Shown here piece by piece: positions 1 to 8,053 of a stretch of DNA of 24,000 nucleotides. Under the pieces are notes generated by a model. It did no database searches, had not been told where the DNA came from, and saw only the letters and a program-made list of their open reading frames with translations. The position numbers and the translations under genes were made by a program. Source of the DNA: an uncultured Peptococcaceae bacterium (GTDB taxonomy: Bacteria; Bacillota; Desulfitobacteriia; Desulfitobacteriales; Desulfitobacteriaceae); assembly GCA_963529635.1 (NCBI GenBank), contig CAURZJ010000002.1, positions 442,071 to 466,070 on the forward strand, read 5' to 3'. The first letter of the stretch is position 1, and every line of letters starts with the position of its first letter.

Positions 1-1
1 C

Positions 2-484
2 GCTCGTACCCCCGAACGTATGCTAGAGATTATGAAGGATAGTCGTGTTGGTGCCTTCGGAGCTATAAGCGCCATCGCTTTACTCCTTCTTAAATTCTCA
101 CTTTTTGCTGAACTTCTTACTCTCGGCTCCCCTTTGACCCCGCTTATCTTGCTATTCATGCCCGTACTTTCGCGTTGGATCTTTCTCATCGGAGTCCACT
201 TTTTTCCCTATGCTCGCTTTAATGGGCTAGGCAAAGGCTTTCACGAAGCCTCTAGAAAAACCAAAGGAATTTTCTTCGGTCAGGGAACCTTCCTTTTACT
301 TCTAACCTACTGGTTCTTAAAATGGCCAGGAGTAGTAGGCTTTCTAATTTCTACCTTATTCATCCTTATCTTCACATCAAAGTCTTCCCGACTTCTCGGT
401 GGACTTACCGGTGATCTCTACGGTGCAAGCATCGAATTAGCAGAACTCTTCTTTCTGCTCGGAGCATTTCCGCTATTGCACTAA
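2..484 (+). CDS. cobS: Adenosylcobinamide-GDP ribazoletransferase (cobalamin synthase), 3' part; truncated by the window edge
   Basis: Reading frame is open upstream of the listed ATG (ARTPERMLEIMKDSRVGAFG...). Motifs MKDSRVGAFG, LSRW, FPYAR and GLTGDLYGA are typical of CobS/CobV. Confidence 0.88.
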   Translation, partial: ARTPERMLEIMKDSRVGAFGAISAIALLLLKFSLFAELLTLGSPLTPLILLFMPVLSRWIFLIGVHFFPYARFNGLGKGFHEASRKTKGIFFGQGTFLLLLTYWFLKWPGVVGFLISTLFILIFTSKSSRLLGGLTGDLYGASIELAELFFLLGAFPLLH

Positions 485-505
485 AAGTAAATAAAAAGCA
501 CAAAC

Positions 506-552
506 ATAAAGACGCTCTTCCGACTGCCCAAGCCTGGAACGAGCGTCTTTAT
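506..552 (+). terminator. Intrinsic terminator-like hairpin downstream of cobS (possibly bidirectional)
   Basis: ATAAAGACGCTC (506-517) / GAGCGTCTTTAT (541-552) perfect 12-bp stem, T-rich 3' side. Confidence 0.75.
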
Positions 553-606
553 TTATTATCGCTTATTGCTACATACAAGAGAATTTACATTCCAAGACCC
601 GCTAAC

Positions 607-832
607 GTAGCTTTTCGTGCAGAACGAAAGACCGATTGCTGTGAAGACAATCGCACTTGTTTCGTAGGCATTCAGCCTTAGCTGAACGACTTCTAGCGGA
701 GGGGCGTAAAATCGAACGATGCTTTTAGTGACGAAAGGCATGGTAGCCTTTCGGCTTTAGCTTAGCGTAGTCATTGGTTCACATGCAGTAAGCACAAGGG
801 TTTGGCACGAAAGTGTCTGCGCGAAAAGCTAC
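607..832. other. Highly structured intergenic element bounded by a 16-bp complementary pair (candidate ncRNA or MITE-like element)
   Basis: GTAGCTTTTCGTGCAG (607-622) pairs with CTGCGCGAAAAGCTAC (817-832) with one wobble. Internal hairpins: CGATTG/CAATCG, TTCAGC-CTTA-GCTGAA, CGAAAGGC/GCCTTTCG, GGCAC-GAAA-GTGTC. Confidence 0.5.
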
Positions 833-855
833 TTACCCCATCTTTCTGAACGAAT

Positions 856-2037
856 CTACTTACTTAACCCCCGAGCCAACCGTTTAATCCCTTCTTCGAT
901 AATTTCCGGCGTAGAACAAGAATAATTTAAACGTACTTCGTTGGAAACCCGTCCATCTGCATAGAACAGTGCCCCAGGAACATATAAGACATTTTGCTGA
1001 ATCATTTCATCGACGTAGTCAAAGCTATTATCTATACCGATTAACTTTGCCCACAAAAACAACCCACCCGAGGGAACAATCATTTCCACTTTGTCTCCGA
1101 GATAGGTCTGAATTGCGTCAACCATAGCTTTCCTTCGAACACCATAGACCTCACGCAACTTTTGGATATGTTCAGGCAAATACCCTTGTTTCAAATATTC
1201 AAAAACAGCTCTCTGGGTTAAGTTATTACTGTGCAAATCGACGCCTTCCTTGGTTTGTTCCAAGTGAGCGATAATATCCTCATCGCCCAGTACATATCCC
1301 ACCCGGAGCCCAGGCGCTAACACTTTAGAGAACGTCCCAAGGTAAACCACATTCTCTGCTAATTCTACAAGATTAGGAAGTGGATCTCCTTCATAACGCA
1401 GTTCCCCATAGGGATTGTCCTCAACAAGCAAGAGGTTATATTTTTGGGCAACCTTGAGTAACTCTCGACGACGGTTTAATCCCATGATTTTACCCGATGG
1501 ATTTTGGTAATTGGGAATCAAGTAGAGAAATTTTGGAGTTGTTACTTCAAGCGCTTTTTCCAACTCGCTTGGGATTATCCCCTCCTCATCTGAAGGAATC
1601 ATTTGGAATTTAGCCCGGAATCCTTCAAAGGCTTGAATTGCACCAAGGTAAGTAGGGGTTTCTAGAAAAACAGTATCTCCTGGGTCCAAGAAAGTTTGTG
1701 CTAAGAGGCTTAATCCCTGCTGGCTTCCCGTAGTAATGATTACTTCACTGAAACTTGCAGGACTTTGATTTCGGCGATGTTGACTAGCTATCCACTCTCT
1801 TAACTGTGGGTAACCTGCAGTTTGAGAGTATTGTAAGGCTGAACTTCCCTGCTTCTCAAAAACCTTTTGGAAAGATTCCTTGAGTTCCCGATCAGGAAAT
1901 AGTTCAAGTGCGGGCAACCCACCTGCAAACGAAATCATCTCAGGGTTCTGCGCTGCTCTGAGCATTTCCCCGATAAAACTATCTCCAACCTTATTCATCC
2001 AGCTAGCATACTTCATCATTACTTCTCCGCCCTTCAT
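856..2037 (-). CDS. PLP-dependent aminotransferase, fold type I (2-aminoadipate/aromatic aminotransferase-like)
   Basis: 393 aa. ISFAGGLPALELFP, QGLSLLAQTFLDPGD, YLIPNYQNPSGKIMG, VYLGTFSKVLAPGLRVGY (PLP-lysine region). Confidence 0.88.
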   Translation of the reverse strand: MKGGEVMMKYASWMNKVGDSFIGEMLRAAQNPEMISFAGGLPALELFPDRELKESFQKVFEKQGSSALQYSQTAGYPQLREWIASQHRRNQSPASFSEVIITTGSQQGLSLLAQTFLDPGDTVFLETPTYLGAIQAFEGFRAKFQMIPSDEEGIIPSELEKALEVTTPKFLYLIPNYQNPSGKIMGLNRRRELLKVAQKYNLLLVEDNPYGELRYEGDPLPNLVELAENVVYLGTFSKVLAPGLRVGYVLGDEDIIAHLEQTKEGVDLHSNNLTQRAVFEYLKQGYLPEHIQKLREVYGVRRKAMVDAIQTYLGDKVEMIVPSGGLFLWAKLIGIDNSFDYVDEMIQQNVLYVPGALFYADGRVSNEVRLNYSCSTPEIIEEGIKRLARGLSK

Positions 2038-2140
2038 TCTGTCGAAAACTTCCTGATTTTACTGTTTTGTATTTAGTATTTTAGCGATTCAGCTTTTCCA
2101 AGGCCCAGCCAAGCTAAATAGCTCTTATTATTTTCTTTCT

Positions 2141-2662
2141 TTATTGGATCTTCCCAAATCGATTTAACGGCCAATATCGTATAATTACTTTACCTTCAAC
2201 ATTTGCCTGTGGCAAAATGCCCCAGATGTGACTATCCTTGCTATTATTTCGATTATCCCCAAACATTACATAAGAATCCTCAGGAATTTCAATCGGTCCA
2301 TACGAATATTTTGGAGCCTGAGTTAAATAGGGTTCTTCTAAGACCTTTCCATTAATCCAGACCTTACCCTCCCGAACTTCTAAGGTTTCTCCTGGCAAAC
2401 CCACGATGCGCTTCACGAGATCGTCGGACTCACCAGAAGCCTTTGGTGGCACAAACATGATAATATCTCCCCGCTCCAAGGGGGAAAAACGATAAAACAA
2501 TTTATCAAAAATTACTCGGTCCTGAAGTTGAATCGTGGGAAGCATTGACCCCGTTGGGACAATTCGAGTATCAAAAACAAATAACCGTATAAAATAAGAA
2601 ATTAACCAAGCAACGATAATAAGTGCAGCCCATTCCAAGATTGTTCTTACATACTTCTTCAT
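2141..2662 (-). CDS. lepB: Signal peptidase I
   Basis: N-terminal TM followed by SMLPTI, DRVIFDK, GDIIMF, VKRIVGLPGE and MFGDNRNNSKDSHIWG. Internal start MKKYVRTILEW preferred because the longer ORF runs into an upstream terminator hairpin. Confidence 0.93.
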   Translation of the reverse strand: MKKYVRTILEWAALIIVAWLISYFIRLFVFDTRIVPTGSMLPTIQLQDRVIFDKLFYRFSPLERGDIIMFVPPKASGESDDLVKRIVGLPGETLEVREGKVWINGKVLEEPYLTQAPKYSYGPIEIPEDSYVMFGDNRNNSKDSHIWGILPQANVEGKVIIRYWPLNRFGKIQ

Positions 2663-2708
2663 TTCCTCACTGCCTTTACACACATATGAAGACCCTATAA
2701 GTCTTTCT

Positions 2709-2735
2709 AAAAAAAAGACCCCCACCTCGGAGGGC
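2709..2735 (-). terminator. Intrinsic terminator abutting the stop codon of the GGDEF gene
   Basis: Minus strand GCCCTCC...GGGGGTC hairpin followed by TTTTTTTT (2709-2716). Confidence 0.6.
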
Positions 2736-4519
2736 TAAGTCGATATAATATTCCCTTTTCCCAGGTTTTTACCCCTATAGAGCCTCTGATCAGCTAGTCG
2801 ATACAGTTCATCATAACTGCACCCTTCCGCCGGGAATTCTGCAACCCCGATACTGACTCCGAGTCCATACTCCTCTAAGCGCATGCTTTTCTTCATGCGC
2901 TCGATGACAAGAACTGCCTCTTCGCCAATTTTAACATCAGTTAGCACGACTGTGAATTCATCTCCACCTGTCCGGGCTACGATATCCTCTTCCCGAACCG
3001 CTGTTCGTAAGTTCTGGGCAATAAATTTCAAGGCCTCATCCCCTACAGGATGACCCAAGGTATCATTAAGCTGTTTAAACAAATCTAAATCAAGGACTAA
3101 CAATAAGAACGAAGAATCTCTTCGTAAGGTGCCTGCCATTTCCTCGCGAATACGCTGTTCAAATCCCTGACGATTGAGTATGCCTGTTAACCGGTCTGTA
3201 TTCGCTAGTCTCGCAAGTTCATCCCTCTGCTTTATTGTTTCTAGTGCAACCCCAACAACACGGACAAACGCTGCCAAGATTTCCAGTCTCTGCTCTGTCG
3301 CGTGTTCCTTGGCATTCATGAGCCAAAGCTCTCCGACAATTCCGCTATGGGTCTTGAGTGGATGAATTCGTACTCTGTCCCAGTGGAAAGGATTATTTTC
3401 TACATTAAGAAAATGCACGTCCTTATTTTTATAGGAAAAACCCTCTTGTGGTATATATTTTTTTATCCAAGTGAGCCAATCCCAATCGGTTTGCTTCAAA
3501 CGACCAAAGGGTGCGCGTATTTCCGCGATTCCTTCTTGATTTTCCAGCAGGAAAAACCCTCCGGGCAAAAATAAAATCTCCATGGCCATTTCGCCAGCCT
3601 CTGTCAAAAGCTGTTCTTCTGAATCCGCTTGTACGAGAATTTCCGTCCCTCTAAGTAATAAGGTCAAGGCTTGTTCCCGATCGATTGAGGCTAAACGTAT
3701 CTGTTGCTCGTAAATAAACGAGGAAATTAGAGGAATGACTTGCTTCATATAAAAATATCGATCCCTCCCGAGTAACCCTTCCTGACCCCCGAGTAAAACG
3801 ATAGCCCCTATCCTTTGCCCAAAGTGAATAAGTGGTATACAAACAAGCTGAGTAATACCCGAATCTATAAAGGGCAATACCCACTCTTCCTTCAAATCAC
3901 TCAGGTCTTGCAAAATCGGATAGAATTCAGCTTCTAGCGCAACACAGTCTAATACAAAATCCTTGGGAAACTTACATTTTCTAAGAAGTTGAGTATGTTC
4001 TTTCTGTCGTGCACTGACAGATAAAAGTTCATACTTCCCTTCATCCTGCAAATAAATTCCTGAAGCGGCAAAGCCAAAAAGTTCAAGGCTTCGTCGAGTA
4101 AAAAGATTTAAAGCCGTCAGAAGGTTATCCTCTTGATTCATTTCCTGTATAATTGACAGTAAAACCTCAGCATTCAAGGAGTTACTAAAAGCAGTGAGAT
4201 AAAGAAAGGCACCCTTAACTTCCCCCGAAACATCAAGCAGAGGCACCCCTATTACGTGGCTAAATCGATTAGAATCCCCGTGCCACTGATTTATGGTCTT
4301 CTCGGTTCTATCCGCACCTGAGAATATCTCCCTAAACAAGGGATGGCTCTCAGGGATAATACTCGACGAAATTTCTAACAAGGAGAGGGCCTTGGGAGTG
4401 GAATAGATAATCCGATCTCGCGATGCCAATACTCCTTCAAACTTATCTTGGGCGAGAGTGGATATGATGGTATCTAATTGAGGGATATATTCTACAGCCT
4501 CTATCTCTTGCAATTGCAC
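2735..4519 (-). CDS. GAF-like sensor domain(s) plus GGDEF diguanylate cyclase
   Basis: C-terminal LTGILNRQGFEQ, DLDLFKQLNDTLGHPVGD, RTGGDEFTVVLTD; inhibitory-site pattern RxxD (REED) five residues before GGDEF; long N-terminal GAF-like region. Confidence 0.88.
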   Translation of the reverse strand: MQLQEIEAVEYIPQLDTIISTLAQDKFEGVLASRDRIIYSTPKALSLLEISSSIIPESHPLFREIFSGADRTEKTINQWHGDSNRFSHVIGVPLLDVSGEVKGAFLYLTAFSNSLNAEVLLSIIQEMNQEDNLLTALNLFTRRSLELFGFAASGIYLQDEGKYELLSVSARQKEHTQLLRKCKFPKDFVLDCVALEAEFYPILQDLSDLKEEWVLPFIDSGITQLVCIPLIHFGQRIGAIVLLGGQEGLLGRDRYFYMKQVIPLISSFIYEQQIRLASIDREQALTLLLRGTEILVQADSEEQLLTEAGEMAMEILFLPGGFFLLENQEGIAEIRAPFGRLKQTDWDWLTWIKKYIPQEGFSYKNKDVHFLNVENNPFHWDRVRIHPLKTHSGIVGELWLMNAKEHATEQRLEILAAFVRVVGVALETIKQRDELARLANTDRLTGILNRQGFEQRIREEMAGTLRRDSSFLLLVLDLDLFKQLNDTLGHPVGDEALKFIAQNLRTAVREEDIVARTGGDEFTVVLTDVKIGEEAVLVIERMKKSMRLEEYGLGVSIGVAEFPAEGCSYDELYRLADQRLYRGKNLGKGNIIST

Positions 4520-4731
4520 TTACTTCTCACCCTTCATCTGAGGAACACTCTTATCACTATCGTTCATTTTAACATATTTCCTTCTAAAAAATGCTAATTT
4601 CCAATTCTTTTTAAAAAATTCCTTAACATCAATATTTCATTATTACTTCAATTATTAAATTTTTTTAATTTTAGTGGGTAAAACTAAGAGGCAGTATATC
4701 TTGAAACATAAAAAGCTTTTTTATTTACCCA

Positions 4732-4760
4732 TTGTACAGGAAAAATTTCTGAGATATACT
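4732..4760 (+). promoter_or_regulatory. Candidate sigma-A promoter for the TVP38/TMEM64 gene
   Basis: TTGTAC (4732-4737), 17 nt, TATACT (4755-4760). Confidence 0.55.
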
Positions 4761-4797
4761 TGTCGATAGATAGCAAAAAAAGAAGGGAAGGTTAATC

Positions 4798-5463
4798 TTG
4801 ACTCGAAAAAAAATACTTTCATACCTTACCCTGCTTCTCTCAGCCTTAATTATTATTTTTCTCTATCCACGACTACAAAATCCTGAAGCCTTTCAACATT
4901 TAATCTACCACCTCCGTTGGAAAGGCGTTCTTCTAGATTTGCTCATAGTTTCTCTACTAATGTTTTTCCCCTTTATCCCGTTTACCTTGATTGCAGGAAT
5001 CAACGTCTTGCTTTTTGGATGGATCGGTGGGTTTCTGCTTTCACTCACGGGCAGCCTACTGGGCTCCTCCATTGCTTTCTGGATCGCCCGTTATCTAGGA
5101 CAAGAATGGGCTCGGCCACACCTAGATAGACTTGGAAGATGGAACAAACTTTCTGATGCCAAGAATTTTTATCTTATCGTTCTAGCACGCCTGATTCCCG
5201 TTTTACCCTCTGCTGCAGTGAACTATGCTGCCGGAATTTCCCCTATGAAGTTCCCTCTTTTCTTGGGAGCAAGCTTCCTTGGAAAGTTTCCTATGATTGT
5301 TTGGGAATCATGGTTTGGACATGATTTTTGGCATCTTATGGAGCATCCAAAGCGCTTTTTCTTAGCTCTATTCAGCGGAGCAGTCATATTTGGAAGTGCA
5401 TGGCTCTTATGGCAATATATCGACCGGAAAGAAAAAAACCCAAGCATAAAAAATCAAGCATAA
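4798..5463 (+). CDS. TVP38/TMEM64 family (DedA/VTT domain) membrane protein, TTG start
   Basis: FTLIAGINVLLFGWIGGFLLSLTGSLLGSSIAFWIARYLG and LVLARLIPVLPSAAVNYAAGISPMKFPLFLGASFLGKFP. Confidence 0.85.
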   Translation: MTRKKILSYLTLLLSALIIIFLYPRLQNPEAFQHLIYHLRWKGVLLDLLIVSLLMFFPFIPFTLIAGINVLLFGWIGGFLLSLTGSLLGSSIAFWIARYLGQEWARPHLDRLGRWNKLSDAKNFYLIVLARLIPVLPSAAVNYAAGISPMKFPLFLGASFLGKFPMIVWESWFGHDFWHLMEHPKRFFLALFSGAVIFGSAWLLWQYIDRKEKNPSIKNQA

Positions 5464-5494
5464 GGATTATAGATTAAATAAGAGAATTGTGTAC

Positions 5495-5521
5495 AAAAAG
5501 CCACCCTTACGGTGGCTTTTT
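5495..5521. terminator. Bidirectional intrinsic terminator between convergent genes
   Basis: AAAAAGCCACC-CTTAC-GGTGGCTTTTT, perfect 11-bp stem. Confidence 0.85.
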
Positions 5522-5528
5522 CATGTCT

Positions 5529-6548
5529 TTAATACTCGTCTCCGCGAGCGATCTTCGTAACCTCCAAAGCATCTTCCTGATAAATTTCGCTGAGCACCCA
5601 TTGGTTATTGTTCCAACGGAACTCCCAGAATTCTGTGAAATACAGCCGGTTATCATCTTCCCCCGCAATGATTCGGCCAGATGCATCGACCGTATAGTCA
5701 TACAAACTTGCAGAAATCATGACAACAAAGTGCTCTTGCGATTCATCCAAATGACTATGGATAAATTCGACATCCTCTGCATGAAGTACAGGTTCTTTGA
5801 TTACATTCCTCTCTCCACGAGCTTTCATTGCCGTCAAGTCTCTTCTATAGCGTCCTAGGAGGGTGGTGGCTAAGTAATCTTCTCCACCGCTCAAATCTTG
5901 ACGTGTCCAAGAATCCTGAATCCAGAAGTATACTTGTCTGACTCGACCCACAAGATAGTCCCGATCCCAGCGGGGGAAGGTTTCGGCATAGTAATGCATA
6001 TTTTGGCGTGTATAATCAATGCTTTTACTAAACCTACTCAGGTTCCCATCATTTGTAATAGGCCTTCCCGTGATATCCACTGGAACTTCAGCGGAATCGC
6101 CGATATCCGAATTATTTCGGTAGTTGGGTTTATTCCCTGTCTGAAAAGGATTTCCGAATCTCTTCCCCCTGTCCCTTCCTCGTCGACTTCTTTTCGAGGA
6201 CATAAACAGTCGATAAATCAGATATAGGATACCGACCAGGACGATTAAATTGAATATTCCACTAAAAAAAGATCCTGTTCCAGCTGAAGAACCACCGAAC
6301 CAAAAGAAGGGAAAGAACCCTCCAAATCCACGGCTAGGAAATCCAAGTCCTCCACTTGAAAGGCCCCCTCCTGAAAAGGACCCTCCACTAAAACTTCTTC
6401 CAGAGCTTCCTCCGAGACTACCACCCTTTCCTCCTCCAGCACGAGCCAGAACCACACTGGCCTGGCTCGTGAGGATTAAAAGGGTCGTGAAGGAAACTCC
6501 GATTCTTTTCATCCACCTCTTCATGCCCATCATCCTTGCCTCAATCAT
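5529..6548 (-). CDS. TIM44-like domain membrane protein with Gly/Ser/Phe-rich linker
   Basis: Signal/TM N-terminus, GGGKGGSLGGSSGRSFSGG low-complexity region, second TM, C-terminal region YLATTLLGRYRRDLTAMKARGERNVIKEPVLHAEDVEFI... typical of bacterial TIM44-like proteins. Confidence 0.75.
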   Translation of the reverse strand: MIEARMMGMKRWMKRIGVSFTTLLILTSQASVVLARAGGGKGGSLGGSSGRSFSGGSFSGGGLSSGGLGFPSRGFGGFFPFFWFGGSSAGTGSFFSGIFNLIVLVGILYLIYRLFMSSKRSRRGRDRGKRFGNPFQTGNKPNYRNNSDIGDSAEVPVDITGRPITNDGNLSRFSKSIDYTRQNMHYYAETFPRWDRDYLVGRVRQVYFWIQDSWTRQDLSGGEDYLATTLLGRYRRDLTAMKARGERNVIKEPVLHAEDVEFIHSHLDESQEHFVVMISASLYDYTVDASGRIIAGEDDNRLYFTEFWEFRWNNNQWVLSEIYQEDALEVTKIARGDEY

Positions 6549-6569
6549 TTTTGAAATGCGACGTTAGAA

Positions 6570-7250
6570 CTACTCTTCTTTTTTAAACTGAGCTTTTAGC
6601 TGGGCTAATTCATCTTCTACCTCAGAGTTGGCTTTACTTTTCTGAAGGTCAGCAAACTGATCTTCGATGCTATTTCCAGTCTGAACCATAGTTTTCGAGG
6701 CCTTGGCTTCTGCCTCTGAACGCTCCACTCTTTCCTTCATTCTGTCGAAGTTTGCCATTGGATCTTGATTGGACATTCCAGAAACTGCTTCATTCGCTTT
6801 TTTCATCGTCTCTGCACGACGTTGGCGCATAATGAGGTTATTCCGTTCCAACTTAGCCTTCTCTAATTTTTCTGTAAGGATACGTAAATTTTCTTGGAGA
6901 TCTTCTACCGCTGTGGCTTGATCAGTAAGTTGTGACTGGTAATCGAGAACACTCGTTTCAGCTTGCTTCTTAAGAGTTAGTGCTGTACGTGCTAAATCAT
7001 CCTTACCTTGCTGAACGGCTAGAGTTGCCTGCTCAGTGCGTTGTGCGACTTCCTTATTGAGGGTCTCAATGCGTTCTTCAAGTTGAATCTTGTCTGCGAC
7101 AGCCCGGTTTACCTGGATTTGAAAATTCCGAACCTCTTCAGTTGCTCTCTCCACATATAGACTTAACATCTTTTCCGGGTCTTCTGCTTTATTTACCAAA
7201 TCCATAATATTCGCTTGTAGTAGGTCTTTAACTCGTGTAAATAATCCCAT
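6570..7250 (-). CDS. pspA: PspA/IM30 family phage-shock/membrane-maintenance protein
   Basis: MGLFTRVKDLLQANIMDLVNKAEDPEKMLSLYVERATEEVRNFQ, coiled-coil body. Internal ATG at 7250 preferred over the listed ORF start. Confidence 0.92.
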   Translation of the reverse strand: MGLFTRVKDLLQANIMDLVNKAEDPEKMLSLYVERATEEVRNFQIQVNRAVADKIQLEERIETLNKEVAQRTEQATLAVQQGKDDLARTALTLKKQAETSVLDYQSQLTDQATAVEDLQENLRILTEKLEKAKLERNNLIMRQRRAETMKKANEAVSGMSNQDPMANFDRMKERVERSEAEAKASKTMVQTGNSIEDQFADLQKSKANSEVEDELAQLKAQFKKEE

Positions 7251-7484
7251 TTTTTTCGTTCTCCTTTCATCTTTGAACACACTTAATCTATATAGTATTA
7301 TTACCAAAAATATGAGGTGTGAGAAATACCTTTGATGTTTGGAATCCCTCAAAGAAATTAAATACCTACTCTTATTTAGTATTCCCCTTCTTTCCTAAAA
7401 ATCCTTTTTACATCGATAAACCCTAATTTTTCCGTATTTTAAGCAAATACTCGATGTCCATGATGATAAAATTTGGCTCCCTTA

Positions 7485-7490
7485 ATTCTA
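7485..7490 (-). promoter_or_regulatory. Candidate -10 element (TAGAAT) for a pspA/TIM44 transcript
   Basis: Minus strand TGTGCTAGAAT directly downstream of the phased repeats; no good -35, consistent with an activator-dependent promoter. Confidence 0.4.
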
Positions 7491-7509
7491 GCACAGGATT
7501 CGGGTAATA

Positions 7510-7553
7510 CTATGAAGAGCTTATGATGAGCCTATGAAGATTCCATGAATTTC
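7510..7553 (-). promoter_or_regulatory. Four tandem 11-bp phased direct repeats; probable response-regulator binding array
   Basis: Plus strand CTATGAAGAGC (7510-7520), TTATGATGAGC (7521-7531), CTATGAAGATT (7532-7542), CCATGAATTTC (7543-7553), i.e. minus-strand TTCATAG heptamers with 11-bp spacing. Confidence 0.6.
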
Positions 7554-7650
7554 ATGCCCTAGACTTCGGGAATCCTTTTGATTTTATTCTCCTCCTCCCA
7601 AATATAAGGGTTTCGTTGCGCAATACCATTCCAAGGCCTATCGTGGTATA

Positions 7651-7687
7651 GAAAAAGACCTTACCCATTTGCTTTGGGTAAGGTCTT
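7651..7687 (-). terminator. Riboswitch expression-platform terminator
   Basis: AAGACCTTACCC (7655-7666) / GGGTAAGGTCTT (7676-7687), perfect 12-bp stem, 9-nt loop, TTTTT on the minus-strand 3' side. Confidence 0.85.
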
Positions 7688-7776
7688 GCAACATTTCACG
7701 GTGATAGGCCGGGTCCACATCGGACCGTATGGCGACACTATCCACGGCATCTCTGCCGCTTGCTACTCCCCTTACT
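7676..7776 (-). ncRNA. yybP-ykoY-class (manganese) riboswitch aptamer
   Basis: Minus strand AGTAAGGGGAGTAGC...ACCGTGAAATGTTGCAAGACCTTACC. P1 GTAAGG/CCTTAC; GCAA/TTGC; CGGCA-GAGA-TGCCG hairpin; GATAG/CTATC; GGTCC/GGACC hairpin. Family call is from recalled consensus (GGGGAGUAG near 5' end, GCAAGACCUU at 3' end). Confidence 0.82.
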
Positions 7777-7826
7777 TATGGCTTCTTCCCAAGTCTTAAG
7801 GACCGGAAAGAATCTTTACATGCTTA

Positions 7827-7855
7827 ATTGTATAGGGTTTAAGCCGGGAAGTCAA
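7827..7855 (-). promoter_or_regulatory. Sigma-A-like promoter of the riboswitch transcript
   Basis: Minus strand TTGACT (7850-7855), exactly 17 nt, TACAAT (7827-7832). Confidence 0.8.
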
Positions 7856-8053
7856 AAGCGTTTTAGGTCATTTAGAGCGATTTGAGCGGGTATTTGACCA
7901 TTCTTAGAATTATGAGATTCACGATTAACATCGTAGCACACTCAATCTAATCCAATCTCAACCAATCGAAGACTTCAGTTCAGTTATCTTATATTTCCCG
8001 ACTCGAGTGCAGAAATGGATTTTAAAAAGGATGGTTTCCAAGGCAAGTAAAAA

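Noticed and set aside
556-741. 61-aa minus-strand ORF
   Set aside because: Lies entirely within the structured element 607-832; composition and lack of a recognisable domain suggest it is spurious.
2663-2725. N-terminal 21-residue extension of the signal peptidase ORF
   Set aside because: Overlaps the intrinsic terminator of the upstream gene; MKKYVRTILEW is the typical LepB start.
7251-7352. N-terminal 34-residue extension of the PspA ORF
   Set aside because: PspA proteins begin at MGLFxR; the extension is most likely 5' UTR.
7676-7820. Possible 6S RNA or small SRP RNA
   Set aside because: Size and own promoter fit 6S, but the GGGGAGUAG and GCAAGACCUU motifs with a P1/terminator exclusive fold favour yybP-ykoY; the SRP GGAAG/GCAG core is absent.
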